Shown: one piece after another, positions 30,817 to 38,868 of the stretch
Layout of the letters: every line of letters starts with the position of its first letter
Position numbering within the stretch: the first letter of the stretch is position 1
Source of the DNA: Anaerolineales bacterium
Lineage (GTDB): Bacteria > Chloroflexota > Anaerolineae > Anaerolineales > RBG-16-64-43
Reading direction: 5' to 3'
Length of the DNA stretch: 64,000 nt
Assembly (NCBI GenBank): GCA_049516595.1
Contig: JBEKSY010000002.1
Span: 17,982-81,981 of the forward strand
Translations under genes and position numbers: made by a program
Notes under the pieces: generated by a model
What the model was told of the DNA's origin: nothing
The model's database searches: none
The model's input: only the letters and a program-made list of their open reading frames with translations

Positions 30817-30864
30817 CGGTCGCACCTCCAGGGCATTATAACCCGGGCCTTTCGGCCCTTTCGG

Positions 30865-30870
30865 TATAAT
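30865..30870 (+). promoter_or_regulatory. -10 box TATAAT upstream of lpd (divergent region with nfeD)
   Basis: TATAAT 30865-30870, 33 nt before GTG 30904. A second TATAAT reads on the minus strand at about 30832-30837. Confidence 0.35.
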
Positions 30871-30903
30871 GAGTCGATCGACCGCCACAGAAAGGGGATC
30901 CAT

Positions 30904-32313
30904 GTGAGCGACTCCACTTCCTCCGATTACGACGTGATCGTCCTTGGGGCCGGGCCGGCGGGATACGTCTGCGCCATTCGGACCTCCCAGTTGGGACTGA
31001 AGACAGCCATCGTCGACCGAGAATGGCTCGGGGGAGTATGCCTGAACATTGGATGCATCCCCTCGAAGGCGTTGCTGAGAAATGCCGAGGTGATTCAAAC
31101 CCTGCTTCATCGCGGTCCGGAGTTTGGCTTTGAGATCGGGAAACCCAAGGTGGACTATGCGGCCGCGGTCAAGCGCTCCCGACAAGTTTCCGCCAGGCTG
31201 GTCAAGGGGGTCGAATTCCTCTTGCGCAAAAACAAGATCGATGTGCACCTGGGGGCAGGCCGTTTGGGCGCCCAGGATACGCTCGAACTGAAGGGGGCCG
31301 GCGGCAAGGTGACCCGCCTCAAGGCTCGCAACATCGTCCTCGCGACCGGCGCCCGGGCTTCCCTCCTGCCCGGGATGGAGGTGGATGGGAAGAAAATCCT
31401 CACCTATCGAGAGGCGATCCTGCAGGAGAAGCTACCCTCCTCAGTGGCGATCGTGGGGGCCGGTCCCATCGGATTGGAGTTCGCGACCCTTTGGAATTCG
31501 TACGGGAGCAAGGTCACTCTACTTGAGATGCTGCCGCGCATCGCCCCATTGGAAGACGAGGAGATCAGCGCGGAACTTGCCAAGGCTTTCAAGCGCTCCG
31601 GAATCGAGGTGCGGACGAGTACCCGCGTGGAGGGCGTCGAAACCGGAGGGGAGAAGGTCCGCCTGCGGGTGAGCGCGGAGGGGAAAGCCGAGGAACTAGA
31701 GGCGGAGCAGGTCCTCGTGGCCACGGGGTTCCGGCCCAACAGCGAGGATCTCGGTCTGGAGGCGCTGGGGGTGAAGGTCGAAAAGGGCCGGGTCGAGGTT
31801 GACGAACGCATGTCGACAAACGTGCCGGGCATTTGGGCCATCGGGGATCTGACCGGCCGCCTGATGCTGGCCCATGTCGGCTCGGCCATGGGGATCGTCT
31901 GCGCGGAAAATATGGCCGGGGCCGCCTCCATTACCCTCAACTATGAAATGATGCCCCGCGGCATCTTCTCCCAGCCCCAGGTTGCCTCCTTTGGTTTGAC
32001 CGAAGCCCAGGCTCGCGAACGGGGTTATGAGATCAAGATCGGCCGCTTCCCCTTCCAGGCCAATGGCAAGGCCTTGGGCCTGGGGGATCCGACCGGATTC
32101 GTCAAGATCGTTTCCGAGGCGCGTTACGGGGAGATCCTTGGGGCGCATCTGGTCGGAGCGGAGGTGACCGAGCTCTTGCCAGAGTTGACGCTCGCCCAGG
32201 AGATGGAGCTGACTGCGGAGCAGATCGCCCGCAACGTGCATCTTCACCCCACCCTGAGCGAGGCCCTCATGGAGGCCGCGCATGGCCTGGCGGGAGGATA
32301 TCTCAACCTTTGA
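30904..32313 (+). CDS. lpd: dihydrolipoyl dehydrogenase
   Basis: FAD motif DVIVLGAGPAGY, redox disulfide GGVCLNIGCIPSK, NAD motif VAIVGAGPIGLEF, C-terminal HLHPTLSEAL. Confidence 0.9.
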   Translation: MSDSTSSDYDVIVLGAGPAGYVCAIRTSQLGLKTAIVDREWLGGVCLNIGCIPSKALLRNAEVIQTLLHRGPEFGFEIGKPKVDYAAAVKRSRQVSARLVKGVEFLLRKNKIDVHLGAGRLGAQDTLELKGAGGKVTRLKARNIVLATGARASLLPGMEVDGKKILTYREAILQEKLPSSVAIVGAGPIGLEFATLWNSYGSKVTLLEMLPRIAPLEDEEISAELAKAFKRSGIEVRTSTRVEGVETGGEKVRLRVSAEGKAEELEAEQVLVATGFRPNSEDLGLEALGVKVEKGRVEVDERMSTNVPGIWAIGDLTGRLMLAHVGSAMGIVCAENMAGAASITLNYEMMPRGIFSQPQVASFGLTEAQARERGYEIKIGRFPFQANGKALGLGDPTGFVKIVSEARYGEILGAHLVGAEVTELLPELTLAQEMELTAEQIARNVHLHPTLSEALMEAAHGLAGGYLNL

Positions 32314-33182
32314 GACCGATTGGGAACCCGGTTTCCTCGGCCAGGCTGGGATCCGTGCCCGTGTCGCAGTGTGATGTCTTTTGGCTGGGCACGGTTCCCT
32401 ATAAGACGGCATGGGATCTCCAGCTGGAGGTCGCTCGCCGGGTAGCCCAGGGAGAGATCCCGGACACGCTGCTGGTCCTCGAGCACCCGCATGTCTACAC
32501 CTTGGGCCGTTCGGGCCACCTCGAGAACCTCCTGATCTCTGAGGAGGAATGCGCGCGAGAAGGGATCCAAGTAGAGTGGGTGGATCGGGGCGGCGACATC
32601 ACCTATCATGGCCCCGGACAGCTGGTCGGCTACCCAATCCTGGCTCTGGGGACCCCCGATCACGCGAGCGGTCGGTTGCCCCAGGCCGATTATGTGGGCT
32701 ACTTGCGGCGCCTGGAGCGCGTGATCATTGCGGCCGTTTCCCGTTTCGGCTTGGTCGCGGGACAGTTGCCGGGCAAAACGGGGGTATGGGTGCAAGCGGA
32801 CATGGCCTCGCGCTGCCCCTCCTGTCCGCCGGAGAAGCGCAAGACTCCGAGCAAGATTGCCTCCCTGGGCGTCAAGGTGAACGCCTCGGGAGTCAGCCTG
32901 CATGGTTTTGCCTTGAATGTTCGTCCCACCATGGAGTACTGGAAGGGGATCGTGGCCTGCGGACTGCAGGGCTATCCAGCCATCTCCATGGCTGAGATGC
33001 TCGGGGAAGAAGCCCCTGAAGTGAAGACGGTGGCGGAGACCGTGGTGGAAAGCTTTGGTCAGGTGTTCAGGTATCAGATGATCTGGAGGGCCGCCGAAGC
33101 CCTGGGGGCCTCGGCACCGGTTCCCGTCGATCCAAGGAAACTCAGCAAGCCTCCCCAACCCTTGTCCAGGAGTCTCAGATGA
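32310..33182 (+). CDS. lipB: lipoyl(octanoyl) transferase
   Basis: VLEHPHVYTLGR, ITYHGPGQLVGYPIL, KIASLGVKV (catalytic Lys), HGFALNV, ACG (catalytic Cys). Start uncertain (TTG 32310, or GTG 32355/32361). Confidence 0.85.
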   Translation: MRPIGNPVSSARLGSVPVSQCDVFWLGTVPYKTAWDLQLEVARRVAQGEIPDTLLVLEHPHVYTLGRSGHLENLLISEEECAREGIQVEWVDRGGDITYHGPGQLVGYPILALGTPDHASGRLPQADYVGYLRRLERVIIAAVSRFGLVAGQLPGKTGVWVQADMASRCPSCPPEKRKTPSKIASLGVKVNASGVSLHGFALNVRPTMEYWKGIVACGLQGYPAISMAEMLGEEAPEVKTVAETVVESFGQVFRYQMIWRAAEALGASAPVPVDPRKLSKPPQPLSRSLR

Positions 33183-34306
33183 TCACCGTTGAGAAAATCG
33201 ATACCCGATCTCGAGCCCAGGTGCGGCGCTTCATCCGCTTCCCATTCTGGATGTATGCGAAGCATCCGCAGTGGGTTCCCCCTCTCCTGATGGACGCGGA
33301 GATGCAGCTCAACCGGCAAAAGCATCCCTTCTTCGAACACTCGGAGGGCGATTTTTTCATCGCGGTCCGCGATGGCCAGGATGTAGGGCGCATTGCCGCA
33401 ATGGAAAACCGCCCCTACAACCGATATCACAATACGCGCCAAGCCCAGTTCTATTTCTTCGATTCTCTGGACGACCTGGAGGTGGCCAGCGCTCTGTTTA
33501 ACCGGGTATTTGAGTGGGCTCACGAGCGAGGCCTCAATGAGGTGGTAGGCCCCAAAGGCTTGAGTCCCTTTGATGGCTACGGGATCCAGGTGGAGGGTAC
33601 CGAGCACCGCCAGATGATGACCATGATGAACTACAACTACCCGTACTATTCCCGCCTGGTCGAAAGCCTGGGATTTAGCAAGGTCGTGGATTTCGTTTCG
33701 TGTTATCTGAACCCAGAAACCTTTCATCTTCCGGAACGAATTCACCGCATCGCGGAGCGGGTCGAAAAGCGCGGGACCCTGAGGGTGGAGCGCTTCCGGA
33801 ACAAGCGCCATCTGGTCGCGTGGGCTGGCAGAATCGGGGAGGCCTACAACAAGACCTTCGTCCAGAACTGGGAGTACTATCCCCTCTCGGAACGCGAGGT
33901 CAAGTTCGTGGTCGACAACCTGTTGATCATTGCCGACTATCGCCTGATCAAGGTCATCACTCACCAGGACGAGCTGGTCGGATTCCTGTTTGGCTTTCCG
34001 GATGTGTCGGCCGCCTTGCAGAGAGCGCACGGTCACCTGCTGCCCTTCGGCCTGCCGGACCTGCTCTTGGACATGCGTCGGACCAAGTGGGTCTCTCTGA
34101 ACGGGGTCGGGATCCTGCCCGAGTTCCAAGGGATGGGCGGCAATGCGCTCATGTACAATGAGATTGAGAAAACCGTTCACGATTTCCATTTCCGCGAGGC
34201 CGAGCTCACCCAGGTCGCTGAATCGGCCAGGCAGATGCGTCACGACCTGGAAAACGTTGGCTCAAAGCCATACAAGAACCATCGGGTGTACGGGAGAAAG
34301 ATCTAG
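33179..34306 (+). CDS. GNAT-fold acyltransferase-like protein, function unknown
   Basis: 375 aa, soluble. C-terminal LNGVGILPEFQGMGGNALMY resembles the acetyl-CoA-binding Q/RxxGxG/A motif. Family-level call only. Confidence 0.55.
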   Translation: MITVEKIDTRSRAQVRRFIRFPFWMYAKHPQWVPPLLMDAEMQLNRQKHPFFEHSEGDFFIAVRDGQDVGRIAAMENRPYNRYHNTRQAQFYFFDSLDDLEVASALFNRVFEWAHERGLNEVVGPKGLSPFDGYGIQVEGTEHRQMMTMMNYNYPYYSRLVESLGFSKVVDFVSCYLNPETFHLPERIHRIAERVEKRGTLRVERFRNKRHLVAWAGRIGEAYNKTFVQNWEYYPLSEREVKFVVDNLLIIADYRLIKVITHQDELVGFLFGFPDVSAALQRAHGHLLPFGLPDLLLDMRRTKWVSLNGVGILPEFQGMGGNALMYNEIEKTVHDFHFREAELTQVAESARQMRHDLENVGSKPYKNHRVYGRKI

Positions 34307-34408
34307 CCAGTGAGGTTGGGCGCTTCCCTGCCCGGGGTCCCCTGGGCGCACCCAGTGGGCGGTGAGAAGCGGCCCGGAGGGGAATCGCGCGGGAGGGGAA
34401 GTAGCGGC

Positions 34409-34436
34409 TTGCAAATGTCGGCCATTTGTGTATACT
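34409..34436 (+). promoter_or_regulatory. sigma-70-type promoter (TTGCAA - 16 nt - TATACT)
   Basis: -35 34409-34414 and -10 34431-34436, read directly. About 155 nt before ATG 34592. Confidence 0.5.
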
Positions 34437-34441
34437 AGACC

Positions 34442-34486
34442 GCAGACAGGTCTTTGGGTGCCCCCCTCACCCGAAGACCTGTCTGC
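34442..34486 (+). promoter_or_regulatory. long perfect hairpin at 5' end of metallophosphoesterase leader
   Basis: GCAGACAGGTCTT (34442-34454) pairs perfectly with AAGACCTGTCTGC (34474-34486). Inner GGGTG/CACCC closes a 7-nt C-rich loop. Confidence 0.6.
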
Positions 34487-34591
34487 TTGTCGGCGGCGGG
34501 CCTGCCCGGGGCGTGTCTTCCCCGGGAGGGAAACCTCCGGCCCGGGTGCCCTGATTGCCCAAGTCTGGAAGCAGGTGTAGCATTGGAACCA

Positions 34592-35320
34592 ATGCGGATT
34601 CTTGTCATCTCGGACATTCACGGCAACTTGCCGGCCTTGGAATCCGTTTTGGCTGAGGCGGGCCAAGTCGATCAAGTGTGGTGTCTGGGGGACCTGATCG
34701 GCTACGGCCCCTACCCGAACGAGGTGGTGGATCGAATTCGTCTCCTGCCGGGCCTGTTGTGTCTGGTCGGGAATCACGACAAGGCCGGGCTGGGCCAAAT
34801 CGATCTGGAGGCCTTCAACCACGAAGCGCGTGAGGCGCTGGAGTGGACGCAGGAGTCCCTCAGCGATTCCTCGCGGGCCTTCCTCGGCTCCCTTCCTGAA
34901 AAGCTCACGCACGGACAATTCACCCTGGCCCATGGCAGTCCTCGACGTCCGGTGTGGGAGTACCTGCTCGACACCGAGCGGGCCCGCGCCTCTTTTGGCT
35001 TTTTCGGAACGCCCTACTGTCTGGTCGGGCATAGTCACGTCGCACTCGCCTTCCGGCTTTCCGCCGAAGGGCATTGCGTCCTGCACCTGCCTCCGCAAGG
35101 GACATCCTTGGTCCTGGGCGAAGAGCGCATGATCCTCAATCCTGGTGCGGTAGGCCAACCCAGAGATCAGGATCCCCGGGCCTCCTATGCTCTCCTGGAC
35201 ACGGACAAGAAACTTTGGGAATGGCGGCGAGTGGGCTATGACGTGAAGAAAGTCCAGGATCAGATGCGATCCTATGGGCTGCCCGCTCGCCTGGCCCTGC
35301 GGCTGACCGAGGGCTGGTAG
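34592..35320 (+). CDS. metallophosphoesterase (YfcE/MJ0936-like)
   Basis: MRILVISDIHGN (DxH), GDLIGYGP, GNHD and GHSH motifs. ATG 34592 used; the listed upstream extension covers the structured leader. Confidence 0.85.
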   Translation: MRILVISDIHGNLPALESVLAEAGQVDQVWCLGDLIGYGPYPNEVVDRIRLLPGLLCLVGNHDKAGLGQIDLEAFNHEAREALEWTQESLSDSSRAFLGSLPEKLTHGQFTLAHGSPRRPVWEYLLDTERARASFGFFGTPYCLVGHSHVALAFRLSAEGHCVLHLPPQGTSLVLGEERMILNPGAVGQPRDQDPRASYALLDTDKKLWEWRRVGYDVKKVQDQMRSYGLPARLALRLTEGW

Positions 35321-35434
35321 TCCCCCCGCAGGCCGACCCCAGGCTTTTTCGCTTGCCTCGGGCACGGAACCCCCAGACCGTTTCCATCGTCTACCTCATG
35401 GCGGCCTAACCGGCCCCCTGACGAAGGAGGAGAA

Positions 35435-36364
35435 ATGAAGCGGTCTATTCTCAGGTTCGCCACCCTTATCCTTATCCTCGCGGCTTGCGCCCCTGCCCAT
35501 CTGGCGGCCCAACCCGCCCTGGTGGAACGTTCCGCCCCCGCCGGAGCCGCGGTCGCCCAGAATGCCCCGGGTTTGCCTGTCCCGGCCCAGGCTCCGACCT
35601 TTGGCGCCGCCCAGGGCGGGGATACGGGAACGGGCACGTCCTCCGTCGCGGATCGTGTGGTGGTCAAGACCGGTTCCCGTACGATCGTGGTTAACGATCC
35701 AGCGCAGGCCGCTCAGAAGATCTCCCAGCTGGCCCAGGACATGGGCGGATTCGTGGTTTCCATGGATCTAAGTCAAGTTGCCTACGCTGGCTCCGACAAA
35801 CCCCTCAACCAAGGAAACGTCACGGTTCGAGTCCCTGCCGGCCGCCTCGAAGAGGCCTTGCAGAGAATTGAGGCGCTCGCGGTCGAGGTTCGCCAGCGGA
35901 ATGAGACCGGACAAGATGTCACCTCCCAGTATACGGATCTGCAGGCGCGGTTGAAGAACCTTCAAGCCGCCGAGACCCAGCTCCGCGAGATCATGGCCTC
36001 CGCGACCAAGACCGAGGATGTCCTGGCAGTCTACAATCAGCTGGTCCAGGTGCAGGGCGAAATCGAGTCCCTGCAAGGTCAGATCCGCTACCTGGACGAG
36101 ACCTCCTCTTTTGCGCAGGTCAGTGTCCAGCTTGAACCCTTCGTTCCGAGTCAACCCCTCCAGATTGGTGGATGGCATCCGAACGGCACGGCGCGTGAGG
36201 CCCTTCAGGCCCTCGTGCTCGGTCTGCAGAGGCTAGGCGATGGGATTATCTGGGCTGGAATTTGCGGCCTGCCCGCCCTGATCCTGTTGGGGATCCCGGC
36301 TTCGCTGATCGCATGGTTTGTGCGCAGGCGGCTTGGGCGCAGCAAGCCGGCTTCCGCCGGTTGA
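35435..36364 (+). CDS. DUF4349-like lipoprotein
   Basis: Signal peptide with lipobox LILAAC, central coiled coil (YTDLQARLKNLQAAETQLREIM, IESLQGQIRYLD), C-terminal TM pair. Confidence 0.7.
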   Translation: MKRSILRFATLILILAACAPAHLAAQPALVERSAPAGAAVAQNAPGLPVPAQAPTFGAAQGGDTGTGTSSVADRVVVKTGSRTIVVNDPAQAAQKISQLAQDMGGFVVSMDLSQVAYAGSDKPLNQGNVTVRVPAGRLEEALQRIEALAVEVRQRNETGQDVTSQYTDLQARLKNLQAAETQLREIMASATKTEDVLAVYNQLVQVQGEIESLQGQIRYLDETSSFAQVSVQLEPFVPSQPLQIGGWHPNGTAREALQALVLGLQRLGDGIIWAGICGLPALILLGIPASLIAWFVRRRLGRSKPASAG

Positions 36365-36383
36365 GATCCTTCACTTGCCAAGG

Positions 36384-36412
36384 GCCCGCCTGGGTGGGAG
36401 TTAAGGGCGGGC
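36384..36412 (+). terminator. possible terminator hairpin after DUF4349 gene
   Basis: GCCCGCC (36384-36390) / GGGCGGG (36405-36411) 7-bp stem, about 14-nt loop, followed by tcttggctgttt (weak U tract). Confidence 0.3.
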
Positions 36413-36479
36413 TCTTGGCTGTTTGGAAGAGCCCCCCAGGGCTCCCGGCGGCTTGCAGCCGGCCCCCGACACGATCCGT

Positions 36480-37706
36480 TCAGTCCCCAATCCACTCCAC
36501 GATCGTGGCCTCGCCTTGTCCCACTCCGACGCACAGGGTCGCCAGGCCGAAGTAGGGCCGCTTTTCGTGCGGCGCGCGCCGGCGCATTTCGTGAGCCAAG
36601 GTTGTCAGGATGCGGGCCCCCGAGCATCCGAGAGGATGACCCAGGGCGATGGCGCCCCCGTTCACATTGGTGATTTCGTGCCGGAACCCCAGATCCTCCA
36701 TCACAGCGAGGGATTGGACCGCGAAGGCCTCATTCAGCTCAATCAGCCCGATCTGATCCATGCCAATCCCGGCGCGGGCGAGGGCCTTCCGCGTGGCGGG
36801 GACCGGGCCAAGGCCCATCCGACGGGGCTCGACTCCTGCTGCTGCCGAGGCCGCGATGCGCAGAAGCGGCTTGAGCCCGAGGGATTGGGAGCGGTCGTCA
36901 CTCATGAGAAGGAGCGCAGCCGCCCCATCGTTGATCCCCGAGGAGTTACCTGCGGTTACGGTTCCCCCCGGCCGGAAGGCCGGCTTGAGTTTGGCGAGCG
37001 CCTCCCGGGAGCTATCCCGACGAGGGGGCTCGTCGGTCGTGGCCGCCGTCGGTCCTTCTTTGGAAAGGGGCAAGGGAACCGGGACAATCTCTTCCGCAAA
37101 GAGACCGTTGTCGATGGCCGCCACCGCACGGCGGTGGCTCTCGAGGGCAAAAGCATCTTGCTTCTCGCGCGTGAGGTGAGGCCGCTCAGCGGCGATATTC
37201 TCGGCTGTTTCGCCCATCGACTCGGTGCCATACAGTTCTTTCATCTTGGGATGAGGATAGCGCCATCCCAAGGTTGTGTCCCACATGGTGACGTTGCCCC
37301 AAGGATAGGGTCGCTCGGCTTTCGGAACCGACCAGGGTGCACGCGACATGCTTTCGACCCCGCCGGCCACGTAGACCTTGCCCTCCCCCGCTTTGATCGC
37401 TCTGGCCGCGGCATTGACCGCGGCCAGGCCGGAAGCACACAGCCGATTGAAGGTGACGGCAGCCACCTGAACCGGGTAGCCCGCCAGGAGCAAGGCCATG
37501 CGGGCGACATTGCGGTTGTCCTCGCCCGCCTGATTGGCGCAGCCGAGGTAGACCTCTTCGATCATGCCCGGATCCACCGCGGCTCGGCGGATGACCTCGC
37601 TCAGGACCAGCGCGGCCAAGTCGTCCGGGCGGATATCTCGAAGGATGCCGCCATGCCGGCCGAGGGGAGTGCGCACAGCTTCGACAATCACCGCATCGGG
37701 CATCAA
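36480..37706 (-). CDS. acetyl-CoA C-acetyltransferase (thiolase II)
   Basis: Active-site Cys region [14 protein letters not shown], and C-terminal [11 protein letters not shown] and CVGVGQG. Confidence 0.9.
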   Translation of the reverse strand: MMPDAVIVEAVRTPLGRHGGILRDIRPDDLAALVLSEVIRRAAVDPGMIEEVYLGCANQAGEDNRNVARMALLLAGYPVQVAAVTFNRLCASGLAAVNAAARAIKAGEGKVYVAGGVESMSRAPWSVPKAERPYPWGNVTMWDTTLGWRYPHPKMKELYGTESMGETAENIAAERPHLTREKQDAFALESHRRAVAAIDNGLFAEEIVPVPLPLSKEGPTAATTDEPPRRDSSREALAKLKPAFRPGGTVTAGNSSGINDGAAALLLMSDDRSQSLGLKPLLRIAASAAAGVEPRRMGLGPVPATRKALARAGIGMDQIGLIELNEAFAVQSLAVMEDLGFRHEITNVNGGAIALGHPLGCSGARILTTLAHEMRRRAPHEKRPYFGLATLCVGVGQGEATIVEWIGD

Positions 37707-37832
37707 CCCACCTCCGTCCTTCCGAGAGGTGCTGCCGGGGTGAGGAGCGGAGAACGCTCACGCGCCCCGGGCCGCTTCATTATAGCTTCGAGCTCCGGGG
37801 TGGCAGGGATGCGGAGTACCCCGCCGAAGGTC

Positions 37833-38813
37833 TCATCCTCCTGCGTATCCGAGAGGATGGCTGTGGTGCCATTCCCAGGCGCTGGCGATGATCTCTTCGA
37901 TGGAGGGGTGCTGGGGGCGCCAGCCCAGCTCGCGGCGCGCTTTCTCGGAGGAAGCGACTAAGCGGGGCGCATCTCCCGGCCGGCGGGGATAATCCGCGGT
38001 CGGGATCGCGTGTCCGGTGACCCGGCGTGCGGCTTCCACCACCTCTCGCACGGAGTAGCCCTGGCCATTGCCGAGGTTATAGACGAGTTGGTTTTCCTTG
38101 GCCAAGGCATTGAGCGCAAGCAGGTGGGCGGAAATCAGATCCTCAATATGGATGTAGTCGCGAATGGCGGTGCCGTCGGGCGTCGGGTAGTCGTTGCCGA
38201 ACACCTGGGCGTATTCGCTCTGGCCCAGGGCGACCCGCAGCACCAGGGGGATCAGGTGACTCTCTCCCGGGTGATCTTCGCCCCGGCCGGGGAGCGCTCC
38301 GGCCGCATTGAAGTACCGCAGGGCCGCATAGTGCAGGCCCTGTGTTCTCGAGTACCACTGCAGGACCTGCTCCGTCATCAATTTGCTCTGCCCGTACACG
38401 TTGCTCGGCCCGAGCGGGGAGTCCTCGCGCAGTGATTCGGTGCTGGAGGCGTACACGGCGGCCGTCGAGGAGAAGACTAAGCGGCCAATTCCGGCTTGGC
38501 AGGCTGCCTCAATCAGGCGGATGGAATTGCCCAGGTTGTTGGTGAAGTACTTGCCCGGCTGGCGCATGCTCTCGCCGGCTTCGATGGAACCGGCAAAGTG
38601 CATGACGCCCTCGAACTGGCCCTCCTGCAGCAGAAGCTGGAGTTTTCCCACTTCCTCCAGGTTGCCCCGAACCAGCCGGGCACCTGGGGGAACGGCGGCC
38701 TGATGGCCGGTGATCAGGGCGTCGTAAACAGTCACTTGGTGTCCGGCTTCGACCAGCAACTGCGCGCAAGCCGATCCGATGTACCCTGCGCCGCCCGTGA
38801 GGAAGATGCGCAT
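37833..38813 (-). CDS. galE: UDP-glucose 4-epimerase
   Basis: GGAGYIGS Rossmann motif, YGQSKLMTE (YxxxK), GalE-length 326 aa. Confidence 0.85.
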   Translation of the reverse strand: MRIFLTGGAGYIGSACAQLLVEAGHQVTVYDALITGHQAAVPPGARLVRGNLEEVGKLQLLLQEGQFEGVMHFAGSIEAGESMRQPGKYFTNNLGNSIRLIEAACQAGIGRLVFSSTAAVYASSTESLREDSPLGPSNVYGQSKLMTEQVLQWYSRTQGLHYAALRYFNAAGALPGRGEDHPGESHLIPLVLRVALGQSEYAQVFGNDYPTPDGTAIRDYIHIEDLISAHLLALNALAKENQLVYNLGNGQGYSVREVVEAARRVTGHAIPTADYPRRPGDAPRLVASSEKARRELGWRPQHPSIEEIIASAWEWHHSHPLGYAGG

Positions 38814-38868
38814 GCCGGCTCCCTTGCCGATGTCCGAACCGTACGGATGGGACCGATGCCGCCCGGTC

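Noticed and set aside
30845-30864. Shared tandem motif GGGCCTTTCGGCCCTTTCGG (30845-30864, before lpd) and GGGCCTTTGGGCCTTTGGGG (60120-60139, before the dehydrogenase) as a regulator binding site
   Set aside because: Only two loosely similar copies exist. The first is also explained as a small GGGCC/GGCCC hairpin. The evidence is too weak to call a regulatory site.
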